Source: an uncultured virus (IMG/VR IMGVR_UViG_3300035670_000116)
Taxonomy: Duplodnaviria; Heunggongvirae; Uroviricota; Caudoviricetes
Strand: one strand, 5' to 3'
Virus record (IMG/VR): IMGVR_UViG_3300035670_000116
DNA length: 24,644 nucleotides
Positions 1 to 9,088 of the stretch are shown in pieces; position 1 is the first letter of the stretch; every line of letters starts with the position of its first letter. The position numbers and the translations under genes are program-made. The notes beneath the pieces were generated by a model. The model saw only the letters and a program-made list of their open reading frames with translations. It did no database searches and was not told the DNA's origin.

Positions 1-228
1 AAACGATTCTTTGGCGCTGTTTAGTTCTTCAAGAGTCATGTAAACAACACCCTTCTCCTGCTTAGGTTGAAAGCACATAACCCCTGGGCCTTCCGCCTGC
101 CAAAACTTGTAGTAAAGCGAACCCATATCACCGAGAATGAAATCAACCGTCTGGTTGAGCATCTTGGCCTTGGTTTCGTCTACCTCACCCTGCAACGCAG
201 CGTGAATCAGCTTCTCTCGACGGTTCAT
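1..228 (-). CDS. Hypothetical protein, truncated at the left window edge (MNRREKLIHAALQGEVDETKAKMLNQTVDFILGDMG...)
   Basis: Hand-translated. ATG at 228, open for 76 codons to position 1, start overlaps the 3' end of the 185..685 ORF. Not in the ORF track because it has no stop in the window. Confidence 0.75.
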   Translation of the reverse strand, partial: MNRREKLIHAALQGEVDETKAKMLNQTVDFILGDMGSLYYKFWQAEGPGVMCFQPKQEKGVVYMTLEELNSAKESF

Positions 229-685
229 TTTCAATCAACCCCTGGCGAACAAGGGACTCTAGGAGTTTAGGAAGCGGCTTATAAATGACAACCAACTTGC
301 CAAGATTGCCGCGTTTCTTAACAAGTTTACCGGTTTCGTCACGGAGCTTGTCAAACTCACCAGACCGAATGAGGTATTCGGCCACGCAACGCAACCTACG
401 TTTTAAGGGTAGCTCTGCCTGGGGGAACTTACCACAAATTGTGTCTGGTTGCATATCAACGAATGCCAAACGCAAGCGGTTCGCCAAGGTCATGCCCGAA
501 TTGGCGTCTTCTTCTTCATAATTCCGTACGTTTTCCAGGTAACGACGCAAGCATCCGTCATCGAACGATCCCGAGGGCGGAAGAAAATCCTCAACTTGCC
601 GGAACAAAGATTCGGGCAATAGTTGCGAACAGTTCTCAACAGTAATCGCCAGCAGGTCTACTCCCTGGAAACGGTTGGGAATCAT
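185..685 (-). CDS. Hypothetical phage protein (166 aa)
   Basis: Long ORF with an ATGA overlap to the upstream gene (682-685). No recognisable motif. Confidence 0.8.
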   Translation of the reverse strand: MIPNRFQGVDLLAITVENCSQLLPESLFRQVEDFLPPSGSFDDGCLRRYLENVRNYEEEDANSGMTLANRLRLAFVDMQPDTICGKFPQAELPLKRRLRCVAEYLIRSGEFDKLRDETGKLVKKRGNLGKLVVIYKPLPKLLESLVRQGLIENEPSREADSRCVAG

Positions 686-1089
686 TCCAATTTCTCCTGC
701 GTCGTCTGGTACTTCCTGCCATAGAAGTCAGACAGATCAATCTCTTTGTTTTTGGAAAAAGACATCACCAGTTGGTTCCAGGGAATCCGAATTACTGCTT
801 TTTTGCCAGAGTCCGGGGCGACGTTGACGTAGTGCAACCCTTCCGTCCACCCCTTCTCAGGTTGCTTTCGGCCAACAGCAATCCAGTTCCTGATGGTTTG
901 ATCCGACACGGCGAGCCTGCGGGCACATTCTTCAGTAGATATGTACTCATCAGCGAACGCTTGTGGATTCATACGGTCGGTTTCCTGCGTTTGATACCGG
1001 CTGTGCCACATGGAAGCCAAGATGTTTTTCACACCCTTTAACTCATGGGCAATATCTTCTAAACCCTTTCGGATTCCAAATGTTGCCAT
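682..1089 (-). CDS. Helix-turn-helix DNA-binding protein (excisionase/MerR-like HTH)
   Basis: YISTEECARRLAVSDQTIRNWIAVG fits the AxxLxVSxxTIRxW HTH pattern, followed by a wing-like EGLHY...IRIPW segment. Confidence 0.75.
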   Translation of the reverse strand: MATFGIRKGLEDIAHELKGVKNILASMWHSRYQTQETDRMNPQAFADEYISTEECARRLAVSDQTIRNWIAVGRKQPEKGWTEGLHYVNVAPDSGKKAVIRIPWNQLVMSFSKNKEIDLSDFYGRKYQTTQEKLE

Positions 1090-1143
1090 CGTGTCAAACG
1101 TTTTGTTTAGATGCTAGTGTGTGGGAAAACATTTTGCATCACC

Positions 1144-1515
1144 ATGGAAGATCAGGTTCCTTCCAGTACTCCGCCGCAGTTTTCTGATTTGAAGAACCCT
1201 CCGATCCCTGGGGGGATAACACCTGAGCTTTTGGAGCAGATGAAAGCTCGTGCTCGGGAAGAAGCCATTCGGATGACCATTCTCCAACAGCAGGCTGCAG
1301 CTCAAGAGCAAGCGGACTATCCCAGCGGACAGCCAGAGGTTCCATCCAGGTTTCAGTTTCCACAACAACCTCAGGTTGTGTATGTGCGCCGGAACCTGAC
1401 GGTTGCCGAACTAATTTTGGTTTTTGCCCTGTCTTGCGGTGTAGTCACAGGGCTACAAGCAACTTGGAATTTTGTGTCCAATAACCTGCCGAGGATTGAA
1501 ATCAAAGCCCGGTGA
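1144..1515 (+). CDS. Hypothetical membrane protein (Pro/Gln-rich, one C-terminal TM segment)
   Basis: ATG at 1144 (MEDQVP...) preferred over 1111. Hydrophobic stretch LTVAELILVFALSCGVVTGL. Confidence 0.7.
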   Translation: MEDQVPSSTPPQFSDLKNPPIPGGITPELLEQMKARAREEAIRMTILQQQAAAQEQADYPSGQPEVPSRFQFPQQPQVVYVRRNLTVAELILVFALSCGVVTGLQATWNFVSNNLPRIEIKAR

Positions 1516-1568
1516 GGTTGAACACACTGCGACTATAATTCATTTTATAGGGTTATGTGATTTAATAG

Positions 1569-4493
1569 GTGGCTAACAGACGGATATCTGAGCTACAGGA
1601 ACTCGCAGGTCTCGACTTAGCCGATAACGACCTATTGACGGTTGTTGATACCGGCGAAGTTGACCCTGCGATTAAAAATAAGAAGCTCACAATATCCGGG
1701 ACCAAAGCGTATCTCAGCGTTTTTTACCTTCCCCGTACCGGCGGTACGATCAGTGGATCTATCAACGTTCAAGAAGACGTTGTAATTGGAAGCGGGCTTA
1801 CTGTATCTGGTGATACTTTACTTAATAACTTAAGCGTTACCAATGCGGTGACGTTTTTGAATGCTACGGTTCAAGGCAACTTGACCGTCAGTGGCAATAT
1901 CAGTGGCAATACGATTACCGGCAACGTTGGAGCCTTCACGACCCTCAATGCTGTTTCTGGTAATTTCAGTGCCCAGGTAACGGGTGGCACTTTTACGGGT
2001 ACGACGTTTAATGGTGATACCGGTCGGTTCCAAACCCTTACGGCACAAAACGCCACCGTTAGTGGAACAGCCAACTTGCGCGGCAACACCTTTGTTGGTG
2101 GTGCATTAACGGTCACTGGTGCAGGCACATTCCAGTCCAGCGTTAATGTTAACGGCACCTTAAGCGGAACAACCGTTACTGGTACTGCAGCTCAGTTCAC
2201 GAACATTACCGGTAATTCCATTGTTGGTACAAACCAGATTTCCGGAGCCACGATTACCGGAAACACGGCAAACTTTACGAATTTAACCAGCGTCTCTGGG
2301 GTATTCACCAGCCAGCTCTCTGGTGCAATTATCACTGGTAATACGATCCAGGGCACGACCATTACCGGCATCAACGGTCGTTTTACTGTTGTTACTGGTG
2401 TCTCGGGTACCTTTACCAGCCATCTTTCCGGTGCTGTCATTACTGGAAATACCGGCCAATTCACCCAGCTGACCGGAATCAGCGGGGTATTCACCTCTCA
2501 AGTTTCTGGTGCAACGATCACAGGAGACACTGTTCTTGTAACTCAACTGACTGGGATCAGTGGCGTCTTTACCTCCCAGCTTTCAGGCGCAGTTATTACC
2601 GGTGATACTGGTCGGTTCACACAGTTGACTGGTATTAGTGGTGTTTTTACCAGCCAAGTATCTGGTGCAACAATCACCGGTGACTTGATCCAGGGGACCA
2701 CAATCACTGGAATCAACGGTCAATTTACGCAAATTACCGGAATTTCTGGTGTTTATACATCTCAGCTCAGTGGAGCTGTAATCACTGGCGACACCGTTCG
2801 TGTAACGGAAATCACCGGCATCAGCGGGGTATTCACCAGTCAAATTTCTGGAGCCACCATCACCGGAGATGTTGCTAATTTCACAACCCTAAACGCAATA
2901 ACCGCAACGGTTGAGACCGGGATTGTCAAACAGAACATTACAGTCACCGGCAACATCCTGACCAGTGGTACGCTCACTGTTGATCAGACGGCAACTATTG
3001 CGTCTGGTCTGACCGTAACCACAGGGACAATCTCTGGTGTTACGTTTACTGGCACCACTGGACAATTCACTGAACTATCTGGAATTTCCGGAGTGTTCAC
3101 CAGCCAGCTCTCAGGAGCTGTCATTACTGGCAACACAATTAACGCAACGACCGGTAATTTCCAAACTCTTGTTACCAGTGGTCATACGGTCCAAGGAAAC
3201 CTAACCGTTAGCGGCGATCTTGCGGTCCTTGGCTCTGGTTCCTTTGCTTCTGGTGTTACCGTCACCGGCACGCTCAGCGGCACAACCCTTACTGGTAGTA
3301 CGGCGCAATTCACGCAGATCACCGGAATCAGCGGAGTATTCACTAGTCAGGTTTCAGGTGCCACAATTACTGGCGATCTGATCCAAGCAACAAACTTGAC
3401 GGGTATTGCCGCAGGTTTTACCACCGTTACAGGCACTACTGTCACTGGAACTACCGCCAACTTCAGCTCTGGTGTCTTCACCACTCAAATCAGTGGCGCA
3501 ACGATTACCGGTGATGCCGCCCAATTTGGCACGCTTACTGGAAATACTGCAGGTTTCACAACGGTTACCGGTACCACAATTACTGGCACTCAGATTCAGG
3601 CCGATAGCGCCAACTTCACTACCAGTGTTACGGGCACCACAATTACTGGGATCACGGCAAATTTTGTTTCCGGCGTTTTCACGACGCAAGTTAGTGGCGC
3701 AACTGTTACCGGTGATCTCGGTCAATTCACAAACTTAACTGGTATTGCTGCTGGATTCACAACGATTACTGGGGCCACAATTACGGGTACTCAGGTTCAG
3801 GCAGACAGTGCCAACTTTACGACCAGTGTTACTGGTACCACCATCACCGGCGTTACCGCCAACTTCCAATCCGGTGTATTCACCGCTCAAGTTTCTGGTG
3901 CCACTATCACTGGAGATGCGGGCCAGTTTGGAACCCTCACTGGAAACACGGCAGGCTTTACTTCTGTCACGGGCACTACTGTCACTGGAACCACCGCTAA
4001 CTTCAGCTCTGGTGTTTTCACAACTCAGATCTCTGGTGCCGTCATCACAGGAGACGCAGGTCAGTTCGGAACCCTGACAGGAAATACGGCTGGATTCACT
4101 ACTGTCACCGGCATTACTGTTACTGGAACTACCGCAAACTTTGCTTCTGGCGTTTTTACGGATCAAGTATCCGGCGCCGTCTTCCAGGCTGGTGGAACAA
4201 TTTTTGTCAGCGGTGCAGGCGATGTCCGTCCTCGTGGTCTGTTCTCCTTCCCAACGACTGTTGGTACAGCTGGATTCGTTCTTCAAACCAACGGAAACGG
4301 CACAACTTCTTGGGTTGTTCAGAGTGGTGGCGGCGGTAGTGGTCCTACCACCATCATGCAAAGTAAAATTGTCATTGATGTCAACTTTGGCTTAACTTCT
4401 GGATATAATGGATTGAGTCAAGGTCCTGTTGAAATTGCATCAGGATTTGCCGTGGATGTCCCAAGTGGATCTCTGTGGGCTGTCCTTGTGTAG
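1569..4493 (+). CDS. Long Thr/Gly-rich repetitive tail-fibre-like virion protein (974 aa)
   Basis: N-terminal RISEL...DLLTVVD segment typical of phage fibre N-termini. Long pentapeptide-periodic repeats ([IV]TGxx / xxxF). C-terminal FPTTVGTAGFVLQTNGNGTTSW fibre motif. Confidence 0.75.
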   Translation: MANRRISELQELAGLDLADNDLLTVVDTGEVDPAIKNKKLTISGTKAYLSVFYLPRTGGTISGSINVQEDVVIGSGLTVSGDTLLNNLSVTNAVTFLNATVQGNLTVSGNISGNTITGNVGAFTTLNAVSGNFSAQVTGGTFTGTTFNGDTGRFQTLTAQNATVSGTANLRGNTFVGGALTVTGAGTFQSSVNVNGTLSGTTVTGTAAQFTNITGNSIVGTNQISGATITGNTANFTNLTSVSGVFTSQLSGAIITGNTIQGTTITGINGRFTVVTGVSGTFTSHLSGAVITGNTGQFTQLTGISGVFTSQVSGATITGDTVLVTQLTGISGVFTSQLSGAVITGDTGRFTQLTGISGVFTSQVSGATITGDLIQGTTITGINGQFTQITGISGVYTSQLSGAVITGDTVRVTEITGISGVFTSQISGATITGDVANFTTLNAITATVETGIVKQNITVTGNILTSGTLTVDQTATIASGLTVTTGTISGVTFTGTTGQFTELSGISGVFTSQLSGAVITGNTINATTGNFQTLVTSGHTVQGNLTVSGDLAVLGSGSFASGVTVTGTLSGTTLTGSTAQFTQITGISGVFTSQVSGATITGDLIQATNLTGIAAGFTTVTGTTVTGTTANFSSGVFTTQISGATITGDAAQFGTLTGNTAGFTTVTGTTITGTQIQADSANFTTSVTGTTITGITANFVSGVFTTQVSGATVTGDLGQFTNLTGIAAGFTTITGATITGTQVQADSANFTTSVTGTTITGVTANFQSGVFTAQVSGATITGDAGQFGTLTGNTAGFTSVTGTTVTGTTANFSSGVFTTQISGAVITGDAGQFGTLTGNTAGFTTVTGITVTGTTANFASGVFTDQVSGAVFQAGGTIFVSGAGDVRPRGLFSFPTTVGTAGFVLQTNGNGTTSWVVQSGGGGSGPTTIMQSKIVIDVNFGLTSGYNGLSQGPVEIASGFAVDVPSGSLWAVLV
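2270..2880 (+). repeat. Coding tandem repeat, 26-aa (78-bp) unit: xxFTQLTGISGVFTSQ[LV]SGA[TV]ITGDT
   Basis: The GISGVFT codons recur at 2475, 2553 and 2631 (78-bp period), with synonymous divergence between copies. Confidence 0.9.
3410..4180 (+). repeat. Coding tandem repeat with 46-aa and 67-aa units (short-long-long-short-partial)
   Basis: TQ[IV]QADSANF at 3588 and 3789 (201 bp apart). Near-identical ggcactactgtcactggaac.accgc.aacttcagctctggtgt at 3432 and 3972 (540 = 138+201+201 bp). Confidence 0.9.
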
Positions 4494-4535
4494 AATTGAT
4501 TTAACCTAGAAAGTAAGACAACAAGGGAAACAGTA

Positions 4536-5408
4536 ATGGCTTACGGAACCCTAAAAGTTGATAATATTACTTATACAAACGCAGGGGTTGACGCCAGTAC
4601 CTCGGTTAGCGGCTTAGTTGAGGGTGTTTTTCCAAACCTGACAATTACTGGCACCATTTCCGGTGCAACTATTACTGGTAATATTGGTGATTTTGGTACG
4701 ATTACTGCTGTTACTGGAATTTTTACCAGTACCCTCAGCGGTCAAACCACAACTGGTGTTACGGCAAACTTCCAGTCTGGTGTATTTACAACTCAAGTTT
4801 CCGGTGCAACGATATTAGGACCAACTCATACAGGTACAGTTGCAAATTTCGATAGCGCTAACTTTACCGGCCCTGTTACAGGTGTTGTAATCAGTGGTGC
4901 TACCGCCAACTTCAACAGTGCTAATTTCACTGGTCCCGTAACAGGCGTCACGATCAGCGGAACAACGGTTAACGCTGTTAGTGCCAACTTTACTACCAGT
5001 GTTACCGGGGTCACTGTCACGGGTACCACCGCAAACTTTATTAGCGGCAACTACACTGGCACACTATCCGGTACCACAACCAGGGATGGCATTGGAAATG
5101 TTCGCGATATTCCTCAAAACTCTCAAACAACTTCTTATACTCTTGCTGCTGGTGATGCAGGTAAACACGTATTCACCACTGACGGTGTGACAGTTCCATC
5201 CGGTGTATTTGCAGTCGGCCAGGCAGTTACCATTTATAACAACACCACGGGAACAATTACCATTACTCAAGGTTCTAACGTAACTCTCCGTCAAGCTGGC
5301 GCATCTGGAACAGGTAATAGAACCCTTGCACAGCGCGGTTTAGCTACAGTATTATGTGTATCAGGGTCCGCAGGGACTGAGTTTGTTATTGCAGGTAACA
5401 TCACCTAA
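4536..5408 (+). CDS. Tail-fibre-like virion protein (290 aa)
   Basis: N-terminal TLKVDNI motif, same Thr/Gly repeats as the upstream gene, and a C-terminal domain (IPQNSQTTSYTL...TGNRTLAQRGLATVLCV) of a type common in aquatic phage fibre genes. Confidence 0.7.
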   Translation: MAYGTLKVDNITYTNAGVDASTSVSGLVEGVFPNLTITGTISGATITGNIGDFGTITAVTGIFTSTLSGQTTTGVTANFQSGVFTTQVSGATILGPTHTGTVANFDSANFTGPVTGVVISGATANFNSANFTGPVTGVTISGTTVNAVSANFTTSVTGVTVTGTTANFISGNYTGTLSGTTTRDGIGNVRDIPQNSQTTSYTLAAGDAGKHVFTTDGVTVPSGVFAVGQAVTIYNNTTGTITITQGSNVTLRQAGASGTGNRTLAQRGLATVLCVSGSAGTEFVIAGNIT

Positions 5409-5417
5409 TTAAGCAAT

Positions 5418-7274
5418 ATGTCTCTTCTTCAATTGCTTTTAGCAGCTTCTTCTTCTTCTGCAGCTGGAGACATTGTTGCAACTGGTGGAATTATTAGCGA
5501 ATATGAAACTGGAGGCATTAGGTATCGAGCGCATATTTTTACATCCAGTGGCCCTTTTAACGTAACAGCGGCTCCTGCCGGAAGCACAGTTGATCACTTA
5601 ATTATTGGGGGTGGAGGTTCCGGAGGTACCACTCAAGAGACAGTTGCAGGCGGCGGTGGAGGCGCTGGCGCGGCTATTTATAAAACAAGCGTTCCAGTTT
5701 CTGTTTCAGATTATACGATTGTTATCGGTGCGGGAGGCGCTTCGCCCAGTAGTGGTAATCAACAAGGAGGATCAGGAACTAATTCATCTGGTTTTTCTTT
5801 AACAGCAACCGGAGGTGGCGGTGGTGGCGCTTATGTTGTTAATAGTGGATTACCGGGGGGATCGTCAGGCGGTAACGCTTGGCAAAACGGCACTGCAACT
5901 CCATCCACTGGAGCTTCCGGGGGCTCTGCTAATGCAGCATCTCCTGACAATGGATGGGGTAATACAGGAGGAGTAGGCCAACCAGGACCTGGATCACCTA
6001 CTGGACAAGGCGCTGCCGGTGGCGGTGGTGCGGGGACTGCAGGTAGTCCTTCTACCGGGCCTTTGCCTGGGCAAATAGGTGGGGCAGGTGGTAATGGACT
6101 TGCTTTTAGTATTACCGGCACATCTATTACTTACGCCGGTGGCGGAGGCGGTGGCGGCGGTAGCGCTGCTGTTCCTTCACAGGGAGTAGGCGGAGCGGGT
6201 GGCCCTGGCGGCGGTGGAGACGGTGGAAACGGCGCCCCTACGGCAAACCCTGGCACGCCAGGAGCATTTGCAAAAGGCGCTGGCGGCGGTGGCGGTAGCG
6301 GTTCTATTGGTAGTCCTTATCCAATTGGTCGAGGAGGTGCAGGTGGATCAGGAATTGCGGTTATTCGTTACGCCATTCCTCCTTCCTCTACTACTGCTAA
6401 AGCCACCGGTGGCGCAATTAGTTTTTATAGCGGGAAGACTATTCATACATTCGTAAATACAGGTACATTTACCAATACCAGTCCTAGTCCGTTAACTGTC
6501 GAATATCTTGTTCTTGCCGGAGGAGGCGGCGGCTCATCTCACGGGGGCGGTGGTGCCGGTGGTTTATTGAGTAACATTCCTGGTTTTACTCCTGGTGTAA
6601 CCAGTATTCCTGCTATTGGACCTGGTGCTCCAAACGCAATTACAGTCACTGTAGGCGCAGGTGGCGCAAGACTTACGAATGGCGGACCTTCAAGCATTGT
6701 TGGACCAGGCCCCGTCAATGTTTCAGTAAATGGTGGTGGCGCTGGTTCAACTGGAACCGGTTCTAATGGCGGTTCGGGTGGCGGCGGCGGGGGCTCTGGT
6801 GTTAGCTCCCCTGGTGGCGCAGGTACAAATTTCCCTGGTCCTTCTCAACAAGGTTTCCCCGGTGGTAGTGGTTTAGTTCAGCCTGATTTCGACCTTGGCG
6901 GTGGCGGCGGTGGCGCTGGTGGCGCCGGTGGAAATCCTGGCGGCGCACCAACAGACCAAGGTGGCCACGGCGGTGCTGGCCTTCAGTTACCTTCTGCTTT
7001 AAGGGACCCCCTCTCTGGTGTCGGTGCCCCTGGACCAGGCGGCGGTGGCTATTGGATTGCAGGGGGTGGCGCTGGTATATCTGGACCTCCAGCACCTGAT
7101 GTATCTAAAGGTGGTGGCCCTGGTGGTCCTTATGCAGGTGGTGGTGATGGAGGAAGAACAACCGGAGCCAGCTCTACTGCTGGCCTGCAAAGCACAGGCG
7201 GCGGTGGCGGCGGTGCACCAGCTGGAAACGCCGCAGGTGGTTCCGGTTTAGTTATTATCATGTACCCGAGTTAA
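5418..7274 (+). CDS. Glycine-rich tail-fibre/receptor-binding-like protein with two Gly-rich domains (618 aa)
   Basis: Two copies of the ATGG...HxFxxxGxF...[DE]xL[IV]xxGGG...GGSG[IL]xxIxY architecture. Very Gly-rich, with many GP/PG dipeptides. Confidence 0.75.
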   Translation: MSLLQLLLAASSSSAAGDIVATGGIISEYETGGIRYRAHIFTSSGPFNVTAAPAGSTVDHLIIGGGGSGGTTQETVAGGGGGAGAAIYKTSVPVSVSDYTIVIGAGGASPSSGNQQGGSGTNSSGFSLTATGGGGGGAYVVNSGLPGGSSGGNAWQNGTATPSTGASGGSANAASPDNGWGNTGGVGQPGPGSPTGQGAAGGGGAGTAGSPSTGPLPGQIGGAGGNGLAFSITGTSITYAGGGGGGGGSAAVPSQGVGGAGGPGGGGDGGNGAPTANPGTPGAFAKGAGGGGGSGSIGSPYPIGRGGAGGSGIAVIRYAIPPSSTTAKATGGAISFYSGKTIHTFVNTGTFTNTSPSPLTVEYLVLAGGGGGSSHGGGGAGGLLSNIPGFTPGVTSIPAIGPGAPNAITVTVGAGGARLTNGGPSSIVGPGPVNVSVNGGGAGSTGTGSNGGSGGGGGGSGVSSPGGAGTNFPGPSQQGFPGGSGLVQPDFDLGGGGGGAGGAGGNPGGAPTDQGGHGGAGLQLPSALRDPLSGVGAPGPGGGGYWIAGGGAGISGPPAPDVSKGGGPGGPYAGGGDGGRTTGASSTAGLQSTGGGGGGAPAGNAAGGSGLVIIMYPS

Positions 7275-7293
7275 ACTGTAAAAAAAGATTAAA

Positions 7294-7695
7294 ATGGCAC
7301 ACTTTGCAGAACTAGACGTAAACAATGTTGTCACTCGTGTGATCGTAATTGCCAATGAAGAAACACACGATGTTAACGGCGTTGAAAACGAAGAATTGGG
7401 CGTCGCTTATTGCCGCCGTTTATTTGGCTTGAACACCAACTGGAAGCAAACGTCCTATAACGGGAATATTCGTTTTCGTTATGCAGGCATTGGGTATAGC
7501 TACGATGCAACGCTTAATGCGTTTATTCCTCCCAAGCCATATCCTTCTTGGATCTTAGATCCAACTACAGCAGACTGGAAGGCTCCGATTCCAATGCCAG
7601 AGCTGACACCCGCTGAGATTGAAGCAGGCTATTACTACACCTGGGACGAAGCTAATCAAAATTGGGAACTTCACGTTCCGTTACCCAAAAATTAG
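7294..7695 (+). CDS. Small fibre-associated protein (MAHFAELD family, putative assembly chaperone)
   Basis: MAHFAELDxNNVVTRVIV...WKQTSYN...YAGIGYSYD...FIPPKPYPSW...W, a family I recognise as following Gly-rich fibre genes. The chaperone role is inference. Confidence 0.65.
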   Translation: MAHFAELDVNNVVTRVIVIANEETHDVNGVENEELGVAYCRRLFGLNTNWKQTSYNGNIRFRYAGIGYSYDATLNAFIPPKPYPSWILDPTTADWKAPIPMPELTPAEIEAGYYYTWDEANQNWELHVPLPKN

Positions 7696-7724
7696 GTATG
7701 ATGCACCAAGATTGACTCTTGGTG

Positions 7725-8345
7725 ATGGCATTTCAAAGTGTTTGGTACTTTACAGACATCCCTGAGGATGTCGTAAATATTATTGAGCGAGACCTGTCTG
7801 AAAAGTTTGACGATCAGATGGCGGACTCCAAGCTCCATGGGGACGCATTAAATAAAGATAAACGAAACTCAAAGAATGCCTGGGTGCCCACCACGAATTG
7901 GGTTGGTGGTTTTATTTGGCATTACATTGAGCGTGCAAACCGGGAAAACTTTCTTTACGAGTTGCGTTGCATTGACTCTGAATCTATGCAATACACCAAA
8001 TACGAGAAAGGTGAATTTTACGGTTGGCACAATGACGCCGGTTTGGCTACGCAGTACAAGCCAGTGTCCGTGGGTAATAGAACTGACGGCCTTGCTCAAG
8101 ATTATCTCAACGAACGCGTTGAGATGGTTCGCAAGCTTTCGTTTGTTCTGCAGCTTTCTGATCCAGACGATTACGAAGGAGGAAACCTGCAACTTCTTGA
8201 TGAAGCTGGTAAGTCCTACATTGCACCTCGCAAACGGGGTACCATAATCTTGTTTGACTCCCGTACTCAGCACCGCGTATTGAAAGTACGCAAAGGTGTT
8301 CGTAAATCCTTGGTGGGTTGGACCGTTGGCCCTCGTTGGAAGTGA
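7725..8345 (+). CDS. 2OG-Fe(II) oxygenase (prolyl-4-hydroxylase/PKHD-like)
   Basis: HxD (WHND), RKLS...YEGG.L, distal His (HRV) and 2OG-binding Arg (RKSLVGW). Alternative starts at 7719 and 7722. Confidence 0.9.
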   Translation: MAFQSVWYFTDIPEDVVNIIERDLSEKFDDQMADSKLHGDALNKDKRNSKNAWVPTTNWVGGFIWHYIERANRENFLYELRCIDSESMQYTKYEKGEFYGWHNDAGLATQYKPVSVGNRTDGLAQDYLNERVEMVRKLSFVLQLSDPDDYEGGNLQLLDEAGKSYIAPRKRGTIILFDSRTQHRVLKVRKGVRKSLVGWTVGPRWK

Positions 8346-8353
8346 GGTAAATC

Positions 8354-9064
8354 ATGGATATTCATCAGCTTGCTGTTCAAGAACGGACCAATACCGGCAC
8401 TGCTTGGACTCGGAATGAAAGTTTTGACCGAGATGGCTATCTCGTCATTAAAAACCTTTGGGACCCTAAAGAGTTGTATCACCCTGTTCCTAAGGAACGA
8501 GGACAAATCAACTACTTTGGCAAGACAACGGATCAATTTCATCACAACCCAGTTGAAGCGCAGGTCGAAGGATCACTCGCTCGGTACTGGCACCCGCAAT
8601 ACCGCGAGATCCACGGTCAAATCCGCATCAAGCTGGAGAAGGAACTTGGTCGCCCGCTGTACAACACGTATTACTACGACAGGTTTTATTTCCCTGGCCA
8701 AGAACTAAAGATGCATGCAGATCGTGATGCATGTGAGATTTCAGTCACTGTTCATATCAGTACCAACTTGACAGGAGGCGATGAAGAATGGCCAATCTGG
8801 ATTAAGACACCTGATATCTATTCAGATAAAAAGAAAGAAAATGTCCTTGTCCCTGGAGAAGATCGCAAAGTAATCCTGGAACCAGGAGACGGCATGGTTT
8901 ATAAGGGATGTGAGCGTCCTCACTGGCGAGAAGCAATGCCTGGTGCTAACCGAAGTAAAAAATTGTTTGGTAAAGGAGAAGAACTTTACTATCATCAGAT
9001 TTTCTTCCATTACGTTCTTCAGGACGGACAACGCGCACACTGCGCCTTTGATGCAGCCAGGTAA
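8354..9064 (+). CDS. Second 2OG-Fe(II) oxygenase-like protein
   Basis: HxD (MHADR), CEISVTVHI, GDGMVYKGCERPHWRE, QIFFHY. RBS GAGG upstream. Confidence 0.8.
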   Translation: MDIHQLAVQERTNTGTAWTRNESFDRDGYLVIKNLWDPKELYHPVPKERGQINYFGKTTDQFHHNPVEAQVEGSLARYWHPQYREIHGQIRIKLEKELGRPLYNTYYYDRFYFPGQELKMHADRDACEISVTVHISTNLTGGDEEWPIWIKTPDIYSDKKKENVLVPGEDRKVILEPGDGMVYKGCERPHWREAMPGANRSKKLFGKGEELYYHQIFFHYVLQDGQRAHCAFDAAR

Positions 9065-9088
9065 AATTAGTACATATGCCTTAGGGCG

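Noticed and set aside
682..1089. Excisionase implying a prophage boundary
   Set aside because: No integrase, att-like repeat or host genes are in the window, and an HTH alone is insufficient.
2270..4180. Repeats considered as a CRISPR array or a DGR template/variable pair
   Set aside because: They are in-frame coding repeats differing at synonymous positions, with no spacers, no adenine-specific mismatch pattern, and no reverse transcriptase or cas genes in the window.
1830..5294. Many alternative-frame and antisense ORFs within the fibre genes
   Set aside because: A by-product of repetitive Thr/Gly codons that rarely generate stops.
5418..7274. Collagen triple-helix or PE-PGRS assignment
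   Set aside because: There is no sustained Gly-X-Y register and no PE domain. Poly-Gly runs fit a glycine-rich fibre domain instead.
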